Source of the DNA: Paragordius varius
Lineage: Eukaryota > Animalia > Nematomorpha
Length of the DNA: 64,000 bases
Direction: 5' to 3'
Assembly (NCBI GenBank): GCA_964247055.1
Contig: OZ176055.1
Location: 2,170,001-2,234,000, forward strand
In this document: positions 1-18,891 of the stretch, piece by piece
How the letters are laid out: the number at the start of each line of letters is the position of its first letter
Numbering within the stretch: the first letter of the stretch is position 1
Position numbers and translations under genes: made by a program
Notes under the pieces: generated by a model
The model's input: only the letters and a program-made list of their open reading frames with translations
What the model was told of the DNA's origin: nothing
Database searches by the model: none

Positions 1-1051
1 GAAAAATCGTGTCTTTGAGACAATTTTCCAAAAAACGTGCTGGACCATTCAATTTCTAATATGATTATTTTTATTTTTTTTCGATTGCGCCGAACCTAGC
101 AGGCTTATAATTTAGGCTCTCTTTTTACCCGTTCCCCCCGTAAAATACATTTTTTTTCAAAAAAACTAAATAATTTTTTGCCCAAGGTATGAAACCTTTA
201 AAATTCACTAAAAATTCGACGTATTCTCTGTTAAAAGGCAAAATTAATCTTCCGTTTTTTATATATTGGCTGCTATGTACACAGATTAAAACTGCGCCAC
301 TATATTGAAATTGCGTTGTTTTATAGCTAATGTAAAGAAAATTTATTAAGCCATATGAGCTTATTGAAAGCTGCAAATATTACCCGTAACTAGGTAAAAA
401 TTAAGGTCGGGTTTCTTGTTAGCCTCTAATTTGGGGCCTTTATGCCCTAAAACGCCATCATATAACGATTTAGTCTTAAGGTATTTTTTCGAATAACCCA
501 TGAGACGATGGTATCAACATGATTCCAAATATTTGCCCTATAAAGGCAAAGAATTTAACTCAGCGCTTTTTCTATATAGGTCCATGGGTAGGGGTCAACC
601 GGTTTAAAACTGAGACGCCATATAAAATATGAATAATTTTGGAGCTAATTTTCAAAAAACTAAGATGCCATACGAGTTCAGTTAGACACATCTGGGAATT
701 TGTATAATATTATATTTTCCTATAAAAAGGGACTACATATGTACTATTTATATCCCTTGATCCCTGGTGTATGAACACAATTTCAAATTAAAACTTTTAA
801 CCATGATTTCTTAAAACGAAAATCTTAAAATAAATCCCATGATGGTTGAATATTAACTTTAATAAGGGACAGATTTATGTTCAATTTTGAATAAACAATA
901 TTTCAGCCTATGCAAAAGCCCGTAAAAAAATAATTAAAGACATTCTTGTTTATTTTTTTCTTATCTCCATTAACTCTATTTATTGCAAATAATTATTTAG
1001 ATTAATTATCGGTGAGACTACGCCACACCGAAGCGTGACAGGGCTAGCTAG
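1..1051 (+). mobile_element. Non-autonomous Helitron-like element (family H); 5' part lies outside the window
   Basis: Ends in an imperfect hairpin (cacaccgaagcgtg) followed ~10 nt later by CTAG (1048-1051) then T, the canonical Helitron 3' end. The body is homologous to ~17020-18071 (same strand) and 1304-1900 (reverse). Confidence 0.7.
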
Positions 1052-1204
1052 TATCTTGTATAAATTTACTATGAATCAAAAAAAGTTATAGAAATTTATA
1101 AAAAATGTAGATTTATTTTTGTCAATCTTTCAAAAACAAAATCCTGATAAATAATATCAATAAATTTCTAAGTGTTATTTTGAAGAAACTATTATTTTTC
1201 GTTT

Positions 1205-1277
1205 ATATTTGTTGGGGTCGTTAAGAAACTTGCAATCATTAATGGGGTCGGGAACTAAAAAAGTTTAAGAAGCCCTG
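1205..1277 (-). repeat. hAT-type MITE terminus fragment
   Basis: Reverse complement reads CAGGGCTTCTTAAACTTTTTTAGTTCCCGACCCC, a typical CAGGG hAT-MITE end. It lies in the spacer between two Helitron 3' ends. Confidence 0.45.
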
Positions 1278-1303
1278 ATCTAATGTTTACGTTTTATACA
1301 AAA

Positions 1304-2990
1304 CTAGCTGGCCCTGTAACGCTTCGCTGTGACGTAGTCTTAACGAGGATTATTCTTAATAATTTGGAATAAATAGAGGTAATGGAGATAAAATAATGAA
1401 AAACATATTAAATAAAAAAATGTCTATAATTATTCTTTTACGGGTTTTTGCATAGGCTCAAATATTGTTTACTCTAAATTAACCATATTTAAACTGTCCC
1501 TAATGAAAATTAATAAATAATCAACTATCATTATATTTAATTTAAGATTTTCGTTTTACGTAATTATGGTTAAAAGTTTTATTTAGAAATTGTGTTCACA
1601 CAGCTGGGATCAAGGGATATAAAAAGTAACTCATTTTTGTTCCCTTTTTAAAGGTAAGAATGATATACAAATTCGCCGAAATGTGTTTAACTAAACTCTT
1701 ATGTCTTCTTAAGTTTTTTAATCAGCTCCAAAACCTCGCCATTTTTGTATGGCGTCTCAGTTTTAAACCGGTAGACCCCTACCCATAGACCTATATGGAA
1801 AAAGCGCTGAGTTAAATTCTTTGCCTTTATAGGGCAAATATTTGGAATCATCTTTGATACCATGGGTTATTCGAAATAATACCTTAACACTAAATAATCG
1901 TTATATAATGGCGTATTTTTAGAGGTATATAGGCCCAAAGTTAACGGCTGATAATAAAAGGCCTGACCTCTTTTATCTGGCGGTATTTCGAGCTTTTAAT
2001 GATATAGCTTCAAATTTGTAAATTGGTCCAAAACAACGCGATTTCTATATAGTGGTGCATTTTTTCGGGCAGCCCCTTACCCAGCCGTTGGGATAAAAAA
2101 AGCGTTGACAAAATTTTGCCTTTATATGGGGAATATCTGGAATTATCATGGATTTCATATTTTCATATTAGACACATATGTTTTCTGAAATTTGGTTCCA
2201 AAGGCATGTTGTATCGATATGGTGTCGCAGTTTTATGCGGGTAGTTCCCTCACCAGGGGCGTAAACAAAAAACGCTCGATTAAAATTTTTGCCTTAATTC
2301 GGGTAATACCTGGAATTATGATTGATACCATTTGCTCTCGTAGGATTTTAGAAAAATTGCCTCAAAACCAATAAGTCATTCTATGGTGGCGCATTTTTAG
2401 GGCAAGGAATTAATTAAGGGGTAATTTAATAAAACCCTTCTACTTAAATTTTTGCCTTTTTATGGGTAATATTCAGGCCCTTATTGAACTCATATGGCCT
2501 AAGTAATTTTAATCTGCCTCCAAAGTGACGCTGTATCGATATAGTGGCGCAGCTGTTGGCGGGTAGCCCCCTACCCAGAGCAAAACAACGTTCGAAAATT
2601 TTTTTACCTTTACAAGGAATGCCTGGAATCATCATTCATTCCATATGTTCTTATAAGTTTTTTGAAAAATGGCTTCAAAACTAAATAATAGTTCGCTGAT
2701 AGAGCATTTTTTAGGGCGTAAAGGCCCTAATCAACGGATAATTTTAAAAAATCGTGCAAACTAAATTTTTGCCTTGTTACGGGTAATAATTTAGGCCCTT
2801 ATTAAACTTATATGGCCTGATAAGTTTTCTGAAATTCAACCCCGAAGAGACGCTATTTCGATATGGCGGGTCAGTTTTAATCGGGTATCTCCTTACCGAA
2901 CAACTATCATCAAAGAAACGCTGACTAAAATTTTTGCCTTTTAACAGGAACACCTGGAATCCTTATTGAATTTTTACGGTCTTTTACTTT
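1304..2990 (-). mobile_element. Helitron-like element (family H), inverted relative to 1-1051, with internal ~160-bp tandem subrepeats
   Basis: CTAG at 1304-1307; the reverse complement reads tcacagcgaagcgttacagggccagCTAGt. 1304-1900 is the reverse complement of ~440-1051. The core aaattttgcctt recurs near 2112, 2285, 2448, 2600, 2763 and 2930. Confidence 0.7.
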
Positions 2991-3444
2991 GGGGGAAAAA
3001 TCTAAATAATCCTAGACCAGACTTGGATTTAAAAAACATTAAATTCTATTAATAACCGAGAATACAGCCGAATTCAATTCTAACTAAAAAATTATTGTGC
3101 CCTTTTCTGGGGTTTTTGTATAATTTAGGTATTAAATGATTTATTATTGATCGTTATGCAATGGGAATCTTTTGGATGTCATTTGATTCGAATCATATAG
3201 CTAACCAACTATGTGGCCAAAGTTTTTTCATTGTGCCCAAAAATAATAGCGTTCAGATTGAAATTATTTTTATATAAAAACAAAGTTTGACAGTCTCCAA
3301 ATTTTGTTTCTGTTTGATCTCGGTGTGATCGGCTGTGTTTCATATTAATCTGTCGGTGCTATTTAAAAAATAACCGTTCTGTTAATAATTTTATTTATAT
3401 TTCTTGGATTGTCCATTTACAACTAGGGTTATCTCGACCAATTT

Positions 3445-3725
3445 ATACAATAAAAACTATGATTATACGGACGAAACGTGAATATAAAGACAAATATTTT
3501 TTTTGAAAAGACGGGTCTCTACTTTTTAAATCTTGATTTTTAGTAAAACTCATTGTTTACAGCGTAAAGTATAAAATAGAGATGTATATTGGTAACACAA
3601 TCAATTAGGTATTTTACAATTGTAATTAAATAATTTATATAGAAAAAATTAAGGTATAATAAAGTATGTTTGTTGCTTTTGAAAAAAATATTTTTTATAT
3701 TTACGTTTTACTCGTATAATATAGA
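3445..3725. mobile_element. Tc1/mariner-type MITE (family C), degenerate copy
   Basis: TIR-derived tatacggacgaaacgtgaatataaagacaaa ... tttatatttacgttttactcgtata, shared with copies at 7282, 7560, 8190 and 47922. Confidence 0.6.
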
Positions 3726-3859
3726 TTTTCTCTGAAATAAATTAACCGAACAATAAATTCTCTAAGACATTGGTTTATTTATATGTATTGGATAGTGTTG
3801 GTCGTTAATATTCCATTACTTTTTGGAGTAGTTTTATTTTCCAGAACAATTTAGAATTT

Positions 3860-4720
3860 GAATATCTTAAAAAGTAAATAAGGTATTAATCCGAATTTAA
3901 AAATATGTATTCTTTAGCCTTTTAAGCGCATTATACAAAATTTTTCAGAAAAATATAAAATAAAAAAAATATTCTCATCTAAAACTATTTGCCGCCATTT
4001 TTTTTAATTTTAAAATCGCTAACGTAACAGACAAATATTTGTATATTATGGTTAAAAATATAATTGATTAACTTAAAAAATCTTCTATATTTTACCAGCA
4101 AAATCTGGACATATTTTGACTTTATTTTTAGCTGTTCAATTAAAATCGTTTTGGAGCTGTTCTGCGGTAATAAATATAAGATTATTTATCTGATACATGA
4201 GAACAAAGCTTGATAATTAAATATTAACTAAAATAACTCTCAAGCAGTTTATTTATATAATTGAGTTCTGGGACATAAAACTAACCCAAATAAACTAGGA
4301 CAAAAAGTGAAAAAATAATGAAGTGTTTAAAAACATTGATATTTGGTAAAAAAAATAAAAAAGAGATAATAGATATTTAAATGGACAAGAATTAGGCTCA
4401 TTATATTTATTCCCTTCAACGAAATTTCATTTGAAGATTACATTCAGGGGAAATTTTATCTCAAAGCCAAAATTTGAAACTACTAGGATAAAAAAGCTTT
4501 ATTGGCAGTTTCTGACTGGTACCCAATGGGGGCCTGTTGTTTTAACAATTTAAAAAATCGATTAAAATGGCGGCGAAAACTTTTGAGATCAGGATTTTTT
4601 TACAATTTTACATTTTCTCAAAAAAATCGAATAATGCGCCTAAAAGACTAAAAGCATATTTTTAAATTTGGCCCAATACCTTCAATACTTTATATGATAT
4701 TCAAATTTTAAATCGCTTTC
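3860..4720. repeat. Long imperfect inverted repeat (MITE-like)
   Basis: 3860-4010 (aaggtattaatccgaatttaaaaatatg...aagcgcattat...ttttgccgccatttt) is approximately the reverse complement of 4560-4700 (aaaatggcggcgaaaa...ataatgcgcct...catatttttaaatttggcccaatacctt). Confidence 0.5.
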
Positions 4721-5730
4721 CGATATAAAAGTATCCCAAAAGGTAAAGGAAGTGTTATAAAAATGTATATAATTGCAATTTAAGTTTAACCATTAAACGA
4801 TTATTTGATTGAATATATCTTGGATTTGACAATTCACACAATATTTTCCTTAAATTCCAACCAAATTTGGCGAAAACATAACATATGGAACAACTAAGAC
4901 TGCTAACATAAGCAATTTAATCCAATCCGAATGAGCATTTTACAGCGACCAATTTATAATTTACTCAAAAAGTTTCATTATATATATTTGGAAAAATTTT
5001 GTGCTATGGAAAACTTTTACCTATTTAAATGGTAAAATAACTTTTATTATATAGTTAATGTCTAGCCATGTTCGTTTTTTGAGATTAAAACACATCTATA
5101 TTTTCTCATAAATATATGACATAGTTGTGAAAAATTTCGGAAAAAAATAAAACTAATTAACAAATTAATATAAATACAAAATATTTTTCAAGGAAATATA
5201 GAAGACTAGACACCAAAAAACCAATTATTTTTTATTATCGGAAATTATTATTTATTAAATCATTAAATAGCACAAAATTTTTTTTAAAAAAAACGGAAAC
5301 GGTCTAATACTTCTTCTTTTTATATTTTAATAGAAAATTTTTCTTTGGGTATATATTTTTAACTTAACTTGTAATATAAATTTTAAATTGCCTGAGGGAA
5401 ATATATTTTAATAACTAAACTATTTATAATTAAAATAAAATTGTTATAAAGAGAACATATCATATATATATATATAATTTACATAAATTTGCGAAAAATA
5501 TAAAAGCTAGTACCAACATGTAAAAAATGAATTTAAAGTGAAATGTCCTATATTTCTAGGAAAAATATTCACGTTTATTTCCCTTTCACTGAAAAAGTAG
5601 GTCCACTGTTCTTGTAATAAATTAATTTTTATTTAAAAAATTTTGTTTCGATAAAAAGCGATTTTTATTGTAATTTAAATTTTACAATTTCGATTTTTTT
5701 TCAAAAATAATAAATCTGGTTTTAGAAAAT

Positions 5731-8700
5731 ATGGGCTCAGAAAAATGTAATAAGCTCTCATCCCGATTTGGCGGAATGGATGTCCATTGTCTTTCCATGG
5801 GTTGGACCTTCTTTAAAATGGTAATTTATTTTTAATATAAAATTTTATAATTTTTAAATAAAATTTATTCTTACATAATATGTTGTGGTTTAAAATATAG
5901 TTAATGTTTTTTTAATTAATATTAATAATTGTATTTTGTTTTTGAAAACTCCTGGTAATTTTGAATAAAATTAATTAGATATACAAATAATTAATAATTT
6001 TGATTATATTATATAGTTTTCACTTTTGGGTTTAAACGGTTACCTATTTTGGTATTTAAATAACGCTGAAACTATCACGTTGAATCAATCATCAAATCAA
6101 ACTTTGCGTCAAAACCAATACGCACAAGATTGGAATTTTAAGATTAACAACATGGAAAATGATAACAATTTAGCTCAAAATTCTAATTCCGAGAATTTAA
6201 ATTTTTCTATAACTGAACCCTGGAAAATAGAGAAGCAAAATACGGTTTATATAACAACTGCAAATAATGCAACACGGCTAGATATAAATACCACATTTTG
6301 GCGTAGAAAATGGTTTTATCAACAACCAACTCAACAAAAAACGAAGAAGAAAGATGGGCCAAAAACGATTGAACCCAAACCTTTTAATCCCTCAAATGAC
6401 TTTTTTACTGACGCAGAATATTATCTTCAAGATCCTGAAATGGAAAAACTTTACAAAGATATTATTATTAGTGAAGAGCCATCAGATTTTAGTGAATACG
6501 AAATTAACAGCACAGATAATATAAATTTGACAAAACAACCCCAAAATGATAAAAATCTATCAAACTATATCGAACCAAATGATATGGTCTATTTGAATTA
6601 CGATCCAAGCTCAACAATTATATTGGCTATGTATCCTTTAGCAGAAAAATTGGGATGGAATAAAAGTTTTTTCTAATATTTAATATTTTTTTTGCAAAAT
6701 TAATAAACTAAAAATAAACCATTTCTGAGCCATCCATAATTATCAATGACTCATTTTTTTGTTCCAAATCTATTAATATAAAATTAATTATAGGTAAAAA
6801 ATATGTATTATGGATAAATTTTTTTAAATTAATATAATTAAGTTTTCAAGGTAAAAATATAAAGACAAAATATTTAATTTTGTTGCCATTAAAAAAATAT
6901 GTATTCAATACAGCACATTTTTTTACCAATTCTTCGGTTTTACGAAATTTCATTTAATGCATTATTTAAAGATAATGTATAAAAATTAATGTTAAGTTAA
7001 TTATTTATATATAAAGCAAATCTTGATGGTTATTAAATGCACATAATATCGATAGTTTTCAATTTTAAATGCGCATCGTTAAAAATTATTTTAAACATAA
7101 CAAATTTGATTTATTTTTCTTGAAATTTGTTATAGCTGTAATGTGGCAATCCCTGTACATGGCTGTATTTGGCATTCTCAGTTCCTTGTTAAATCTTTAC
7201 GGAATGATGAGAGTAAAAAATTTTTTTATCTTAATTTATTAATAAACTTTTGATGCTTCGAAACGGCTTATTGGATTATTACAGTAAAAATTTAAATACG
7301 GACAAAACGTAAAAATTAAAAGACAAATATTTTTTTGAAAAAAAAAACAACCATACCTTTTTAAACCTTGATATTTTACACATAAACTATACGATCACAA
7401 TATTGAAATATAGAATTGAGATGGTTACCACATACATCTCTATTTCTTTGTTTGTATACGTTACATTCGAAAAATAAGGGCTTAAAAAATATGGGTGATT
7501 GGTTGTATTTTAATTTTTACATTTAGTCTGTATAATTTCAACTTTTACTGTAAATTATGCAATAAAAATTGAAAATGTACGGACAAAATGTAAATATAAA
7601 GTCAAATCTTAATATCTAAAGACAACCATACTTTTTTCAACCTTAAATTTTATTTATAAGCTATTTAGTTACATTGTAAAATATAAAATTTATTGTATCA
7701 GTAATATATTTATATTTCACACTGCCATTTTAAACAATATTTAAAATTTGACTAGAGTATGGTTGGTTGTCTAAATGTTGTCTTTATATTTTGACGTTTT
7801 GTCTGTATAATTGCAGTTTTTACTGTAATTTATTGCATTTTATAACCCTTATAAAGAAATCTGGATATTTCATGATGCCTTTTCTAATCTTCTTATGCAC
7901 CGAACTATTTTCCATGACCGTTCTCATCAATGTTTGGAAAACACCATTAAATATGGTATATGGTATTTTTTTACTCTCTTTGGTTTTTTTTAGTTTATCA
8001 AACAAAATATTTTACATTTATTTATTTTTTATTGATATAGGCATTGGTTAGTTTAGTTGAAATGCAAGAAGATGCTTACGTTATTATGGGATGCTATATA
8101 GCGCTTTACTTAATCTATGCATTTATTCACGTAAACCAAAACACTTTTTTTCAATAATAAAATCTTCAAATAATAAAATAAAAAATATACAGTAAATATT
8201 GAAATTATACGGACAAAACCTAAATAAAGACAAATGTTTTTATTCTAAAAGACAACCCCATACTTTTTTAACCTTCATTTTTAAAAAGATAACTTAATGT
8301 TTTAAATTTCAAAGTTTAAAATTTTTATCTACATTAGATACACAATCAATTATATATTTTACAATTGTAATTATATAATTTATATGAGGAAAATTAATAA
8401 GCTTTATAAAAGTATGGTTGTCTTAGAAAAAATATATCTTTTTATATTTTTCCATTTTGTACGTACAATTTCAGTTTTTACTGTATATATTTTACAAAAG
8501 CTTTTTTTATTGCAGGTATTTTTCTTATATGTTTGCGCGGTATCTTTCGGCAATATTATGCATTTAAATCAACTCAAATCTAAGAGATATGCTAATGACA
8601 ACCTCACATACATAATACAACGAGACGAAGAGCAGGTTAATTCCATAATAATTTTTTAAATATATGTAATCCAAAATGGAATAAAAATGTAAAAAATTAT

Positions 8701-8856
8701 GTTTTTAAAACTTTTATATGAAAAAAATCAGGAAATAAGTTAACATTTATAATAAAAATTAAATTCGGAAAAAATATACGTTGGTAATTATTTATCAATA
8801 TTTATTTTACTATATAGGTGGAACAAAAGGACAATGATTTGAAAGTAAATCCATAG
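5731..8856 (+). CDS. Four-transmembrane membrane protein with a large first loop (LAPTM-like topology); 7 exons
   Basis: Phase-consistent GT-AG exons: 5731-5820 (MGSEKC...FFKM), 6017-~6665 (FSLLGLNGYLFWY + long loop), 7136-7212 (VMWQSLYMAVFGILSSLLNLYGMMR), 7857-7955 (KSGYFMMPFLIFLCTELFSM...), 8041-8130, 8516-8635, 8818-8856 (stop). There are four hydrophobic stretches. The exon 2 donor is uncertain; the family is inferred from topology only. Confidence 0.65.
7282..7825. mobile_element. Two tandem Tc1/mariner-type MITEs (family C; 7282-7550 and 7560-7825) in an intron
   Basis: TA|CAGTAAAAATT...AAGACAAA terminal inverted repeats ending ...TTTTACTG|TA; TA target duplication; ~270 bp each. Confidence 0.75.
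8190..8483. mobile_element. Tc1/mariner-type MITE (family C) in an intron
   Basis: TA|CAGTAAATATTGAAATTATACGGAC ... TTTCAGTTTTTACTG|TA. Confidence 0.75.
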
Positions 8857-9495
8857 CTAATGCTATTGCTATATGCCAAAAAATTTAAAATTTTACCTTG
8901 ATTAATACATACAATCATTTGCTATTATATCTTTATGTGTATATGCGTACATTAAAAATAATTGAATAAATAAATTTTTGATTCGACATTTTAATAACTG
9001 TAAAGCAAATTTATGAAATCCGCTAAGCAACGTATATAATGTTATAAATATAATATATATATAATATCTATCACATTCTAAAAATTTTGTTTAAACATCA
9101 ATTTGATGCAAAGTAAAAACATGAATAAAAAGCGTTAAAAATTATCATGTATGTGCAGAGAAAATATTTTTTGGTATTTTTATTCTACAAATCTTATTCT
9201 CATAAAAATTCCACGAGAGATTCAAAGAATACAGTGTCCACATTTAAGCTGACCTATTCACATTATTGTAGGCCATTCTGCAACACAGTAGTGTGTATGG
9301 GTAAAAACAATAAAATGTTAAAATTAAAACATTTTTTCACAACATAATAAATTTGTTTTGGTTAATTATGGACAAAATTTGTTTAAAACACACGCTACTC
9401 TATATTACTTACCAATTTGCAATACATACAATGGATATGAATATGCCAGCATTAATGTGCATTACTGTACTAAAAATTAACAAAACATTTCGTCC

Positions 9496-14550
<5,055 letters not shown>

Positions 14551-15414
14551 AAAAAATGTGGACCATATGCGATAAAGAAAATCATAACAAAATCATGTTT
14601 TAACATAGAAATTTATACTTAGAAATTTTTTGATTTTATATCTGCGGCTTATGCCTATAAACCATAATGTATTAATTGTAGTTTTCTACTCTAAATAACC
14701 AATATAAACATCTTAAAAGTAGCTCCCGAAATATATTTAAAATATGCATTTTCAGAATTTAAAATCATGGGTTTAAAAAAGGTATAAGTGAAATTAAAAG
14801 TTCACCTCCACCTTTTAGGCGCATTGTTTTTGGTAGTAGCTAAAAAGAAAAAATTGCATAATATAAACTTTAATAATATTTATAATATTTTTTCGGATAA
14901 TGCGCCCAAAATATAATCGTGAATGTAGCGTTAACATTTAACCGGGAAACTATTAAATTTATAAAAATACTACACGAATTTTATTTTTTAATAATCTCAA
15001 ATATTGTTTGATAAAGATATATATTCAGGTAGAACATATTGATGATGGGGCTTTTGTCAACAATATATACTCATTTTTTGCAATCACAGTCATAAAATCT
15101 GCATATTTTAAAAATTTACCTATTATCATCAATGATTTTTGAAAATATTGCTCGTTCATTACCTGGTAATGTTCATCAAAATACTGTCTTTGTAAAAAAT
15201 ATAAATAGATATTTGCGAATTTGTTGATAAAATATCTTTAACACTTGGATACAATACCTTTTTTTCACTCCTTAGATTCAAATTGGGTTGGATACCTAAG
15301 GCCTGTTAAGAACTTAATACTTCAAAAATTATCAAAGGAAGTGAAACCATGGCAAATGCTAGCACTATTTCAATATTAATGAACCAAAATGTATATATTT
15401 AAAAAAATGAAAAA

Positions 15415-16625
15415 TGGTGGCTTTGTGATCTATTGCCGGAAAACCGTAGACCCATTCAAATACAAATATCAAAAAATATAATCATTAATGAATGCTCCAA
15501 CAATAGCTTCACCCTTTTTTGAATTAGGTCCCCAATTCGGGCCACCCCGTGTAAAAAACGGGGATTTTTTGAGATCAAAAGTCCACAAAAATCGTGTATT
15601 TAAATAATTTTCCGGGACACGTGTTGAACCATTATGATTTTTTACTTATTTTTGATAGCGCCGTACATAGTCAGCTCGTTTTAGGCCCTCTTTTAACCCG
15701 TTTCCCCCGTAAAATGCCATTTTTCTAAAAAAATTAAGTATACAAAAATAATTTTTCAAATCTATTTTTCTCAAAAGTATGAGACCGTAAAAATTTAATA
15801 AGGATGTATTCCCTGTTAAAAGGCAAAAATTTCAATCAAGCGTTTCTTTAATGATAGATGCTGGGTAAGAAGATACCCGCTAAAAACTGACCAGTCAAAT
15901 CCAAATAGCGGGCTTTTGGGGCTAAATTTCATAAAACCTATCATCCCATATAAGATTAAAAGCTGCTTAAAAATTTAGATCGTGCCGTCTTTTAAAATTA
16001 GCCGTTAATTAAGCCCTACACGCCCTGAAAAATGCTCCCATAGAATGATTTTTTTATTTTGAGCAATTTTTCCAAAAACTAATGAGAGCATATGGAATCC
16101 ATTCCATAAAAAGGCAAAATTTTAATCAAGCCCCTTTTTGTATCAGCTTCTGCTGGGTAGGGCTACCCGCTTAAAACTGCGCCACAATATCAAAATTGAG
16201 TTGTTTAGGAGTTAATTTTTAGAAAACTTATAGACCATATAAGTTTTTTAAGGGCCTGAAATATTACCCAAATACAGGCGAAAATTCAAGTCGACGGGTC
16301 TTTTTAAATTGACGGTTAAATAAGCCTTTTAGCCCTGAAATTGCGCCATCATTGAACTATTATTTAGTTTTGAAGCCATTCTTCTCTAAACTATTAAGAA
16401 CATATGGAATAAATGATGATTCCAGTTATTCCCATATAAAGGCAAAAAAATTTATCAAACTTCTTTTTTATATTGGCCTCTGGGTAAGGGGCTACTACCC
16501 GCCTATAACTGCGCCACCATATCGATACAGCATGCCTTTAGAGCCAAATTTCAGAAATCCTATGAGTCCATATAAATCATTCCAAAACTTCATGCCGCAT
16601 AATAAAATTGCTTATAAAATCAAAA
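15415..16625 (+). mobile_element. Family H (Helitron-like) copy with internal subrepeats; 3' end not seen
   Basis: 15580-15780 is homologous to 1-220; aaggcaaaa subrepeat cores near 15820, 16110, 16275 and 16440; the 5' module matches the reverse complement of 46780-46960. Confidence 0.6.
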
Positions 16626-16879
16626 ATATTATACTTTTTTCAAATAAAATTATCCTCAATATTCAAACAAGGACAATCATCGCAAATTATAATCCTGCTT
16701 TTTCACTCGCAAATTTTTTAAGGAAGAGACAGTTATAATAAGATCATTGATATCACATAAGAGTCACGTAGATTAGCAATAGCGATATAGGAAATAGTTT
16801 CATAATTTATAAACGCTTTGAACCGAGTTTGCCGGGGATTTTTTTAATGATCAATTAGACTTTATTGATTTTAAACATA

Positions 16880-18071
16880 TAATAGTATTACCGGTAGACC
16901 CATTCGAATCCAAATGTCGAAAATATATAATCAAAAGGAATGCCACTTTGCCCTTTTTTGAATTAGGCCCCCTGTTCGGGCCCACAGCCTATAAAAAACG
17001 GTTTTTAAGAAAACAAAAATCCACAAAAATCGTGTCCTTGAGACAATTTTCCGGAAAACGTGTTAAACCATTTGATTTCAATTATGGTTTTTTCACTTAT
17101 TTTCGGTTGCGTCTAACATAGTTGGGTCGCTTTATTTAGGCCCTTTTTTACCCGCTCCCCCCGTATGCCATTTTTTTAAAAGTCACAAAAATAGCTTTTT
17201 GTATCTATTTTTTGTCCAAGGTATGAGACCGTAAAAATTTAATGAGGATGTGGCGTTTTCTGTTAAAATGTATAAATTTAAGTGCGTTTTACTTATAACG
17301 GTTGGGTAAGGAAATACCGGTTAAAACCTGCCCCGTCCTATCAAAATGTCGCGTCTTTGGGACTAAATTTCAGAAATACAGGCCATGACAGTTCAATAGG
17401 TTAAAATATTACCCGTAACAAGGCAAAGTTCAGCTCGTGTGGTTTTATAAATTGAGGGTTAAATAGGCCTTTTACGCCCTAAAATCGCGCCATTATTGAT
17501 TTATTATTTAATTTTTGAAGATATTCTTCCATAAACTATTAAGAACAGGTGGAATGAATGATGAATCCACGTATTCCCTACATAAAGGCAAAATTACGTG
17601 CCCCTGGGTAGGGGGCTATCCAAAAACTGGGCAATCATACAAAAATGGCGTAGTTTTGGAGCTGATTAAAAAACTTATGAAGACATACGAGTTCAATTAA
17701 ACACATTTCTGGCGAATTTGTATATCATTCTTTCCTTTAAAAAGAGGACCAAAAATGAGTTACTTTTTATATCCCTTGCTCTTAGCTGTGTAAACACAAT
17801 TTCAAAATAAAACTTTTAACCATAATTCTGTAAAACAAAAATCTTAAATTAAATCCAATGATAATTAAATATTAACTTTCATAAACAATTTAAATATGGT
17901 TAATTTAGAGTAAACAATATTTGAGCCTATGCGAAAACCCGTAAATGAATAATTAATGACATTTTTTATTTAATATGTTTTTCGTTATTTTTATCTACAT
18001 TACCTCTATTCATTGTAAGAATAATTATTGCTGAGACTGCGTCAAAGCGAAGCGTTTAAGGGATCAGCTAG
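16880..18071 (+). mobile_element. Family H (Helitron-like) copy with intact 3' terminus
   Basis: Colinear with 1-1051 from ~17020; ends gcgtcaaagcgaagcgtttaagggatcagCTAG(18068-18071)T. Confidence 0.72.
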
Positions 18072-18177
18072 TATATAAAATTCATTCAAAAATATTTGAT
18101 ATTAATTATTTTACGGTAAAACCCAAAAAGAATAATTTTATCATAATCACTTTTTGTTTCCATCAATATTAGATGTC

Positions 18178-18719
18178 CCGCTTTGATTCGAATTGGGTAT
18201 CTAAATACCCCAAGGCAATATTTAAGTTGATATTTTGAAAATACTACTGAAAAAACGGTCCCAATTTAAATATATGCTTTTATCCTAAATTATAAAAATA
18301 AGCCAAAATATCTAAAAAAATTTGGTTTTGGTAAAAAAGTTCGGTTTGAAACTACTTGGATGCTATTTTTTTGCAAAACTTGTTTTTTAATCCAAGCTAA
18401 AATTTAGTTTACTTTTTTTTATTAAAATCACATTTAACATTGATATAAAAAGAAAAAGTGGCATATTTTGCATTATTTTTATATTTAGCTTACGCACATA
18501 TTTCATGTTGTCTATTTGGGTTTTACCTCTAAATAAGTAATATCAAGTATTTTTGAGTGGCTTTTTTTCTATAATTTTGATTCATTAATGTTAGATAAGT
18601 GGTAACTTTTGCCTTGATTTCGATTTATTTCAAATTTTCAAAATAATTAATTATAAAAAAGCCTGGGGTATTAAACAACCCCAATTTAAATCGTAAAATG
18701 AATGTGTTGTATCTAAGTG
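18178..18719 (-). mobile_element. piggyBac-like MITE (family B), reverse copy
   Basis: Reverse complement of the 18892-19465 consensus; terminates ...aagtg|ttaa at 18719-18723. Confidence 0.65.
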
Positions 18720-18891
18720 TTAAATAAGAAATTAATTGAATAAACTCGATGTTATGAAAAAATGGCGTCAAAGTAGTTCGATATTTTTTATTAATTAAAT
18801 TTTATTTGGATATAGGCTTATATATATATAATTTTTATTAGGATATAAGCATAAATATAAATTGGGACTGTTTATTTTAGTAGTTTTGTAA

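Noticed and set aside
125-2635. ORFs 125-376, 2192-2374 and 2444-2635
   Set aside because: They lie inside family H repeats, have no splice context or recognisable motif, and the frames are not preserved between copies.
16352-17700. ORFs 16352-16738 and 17515-17700
   Set aside because: Chance frames within Helitron subrepeats; no Rep or helicase motifs.
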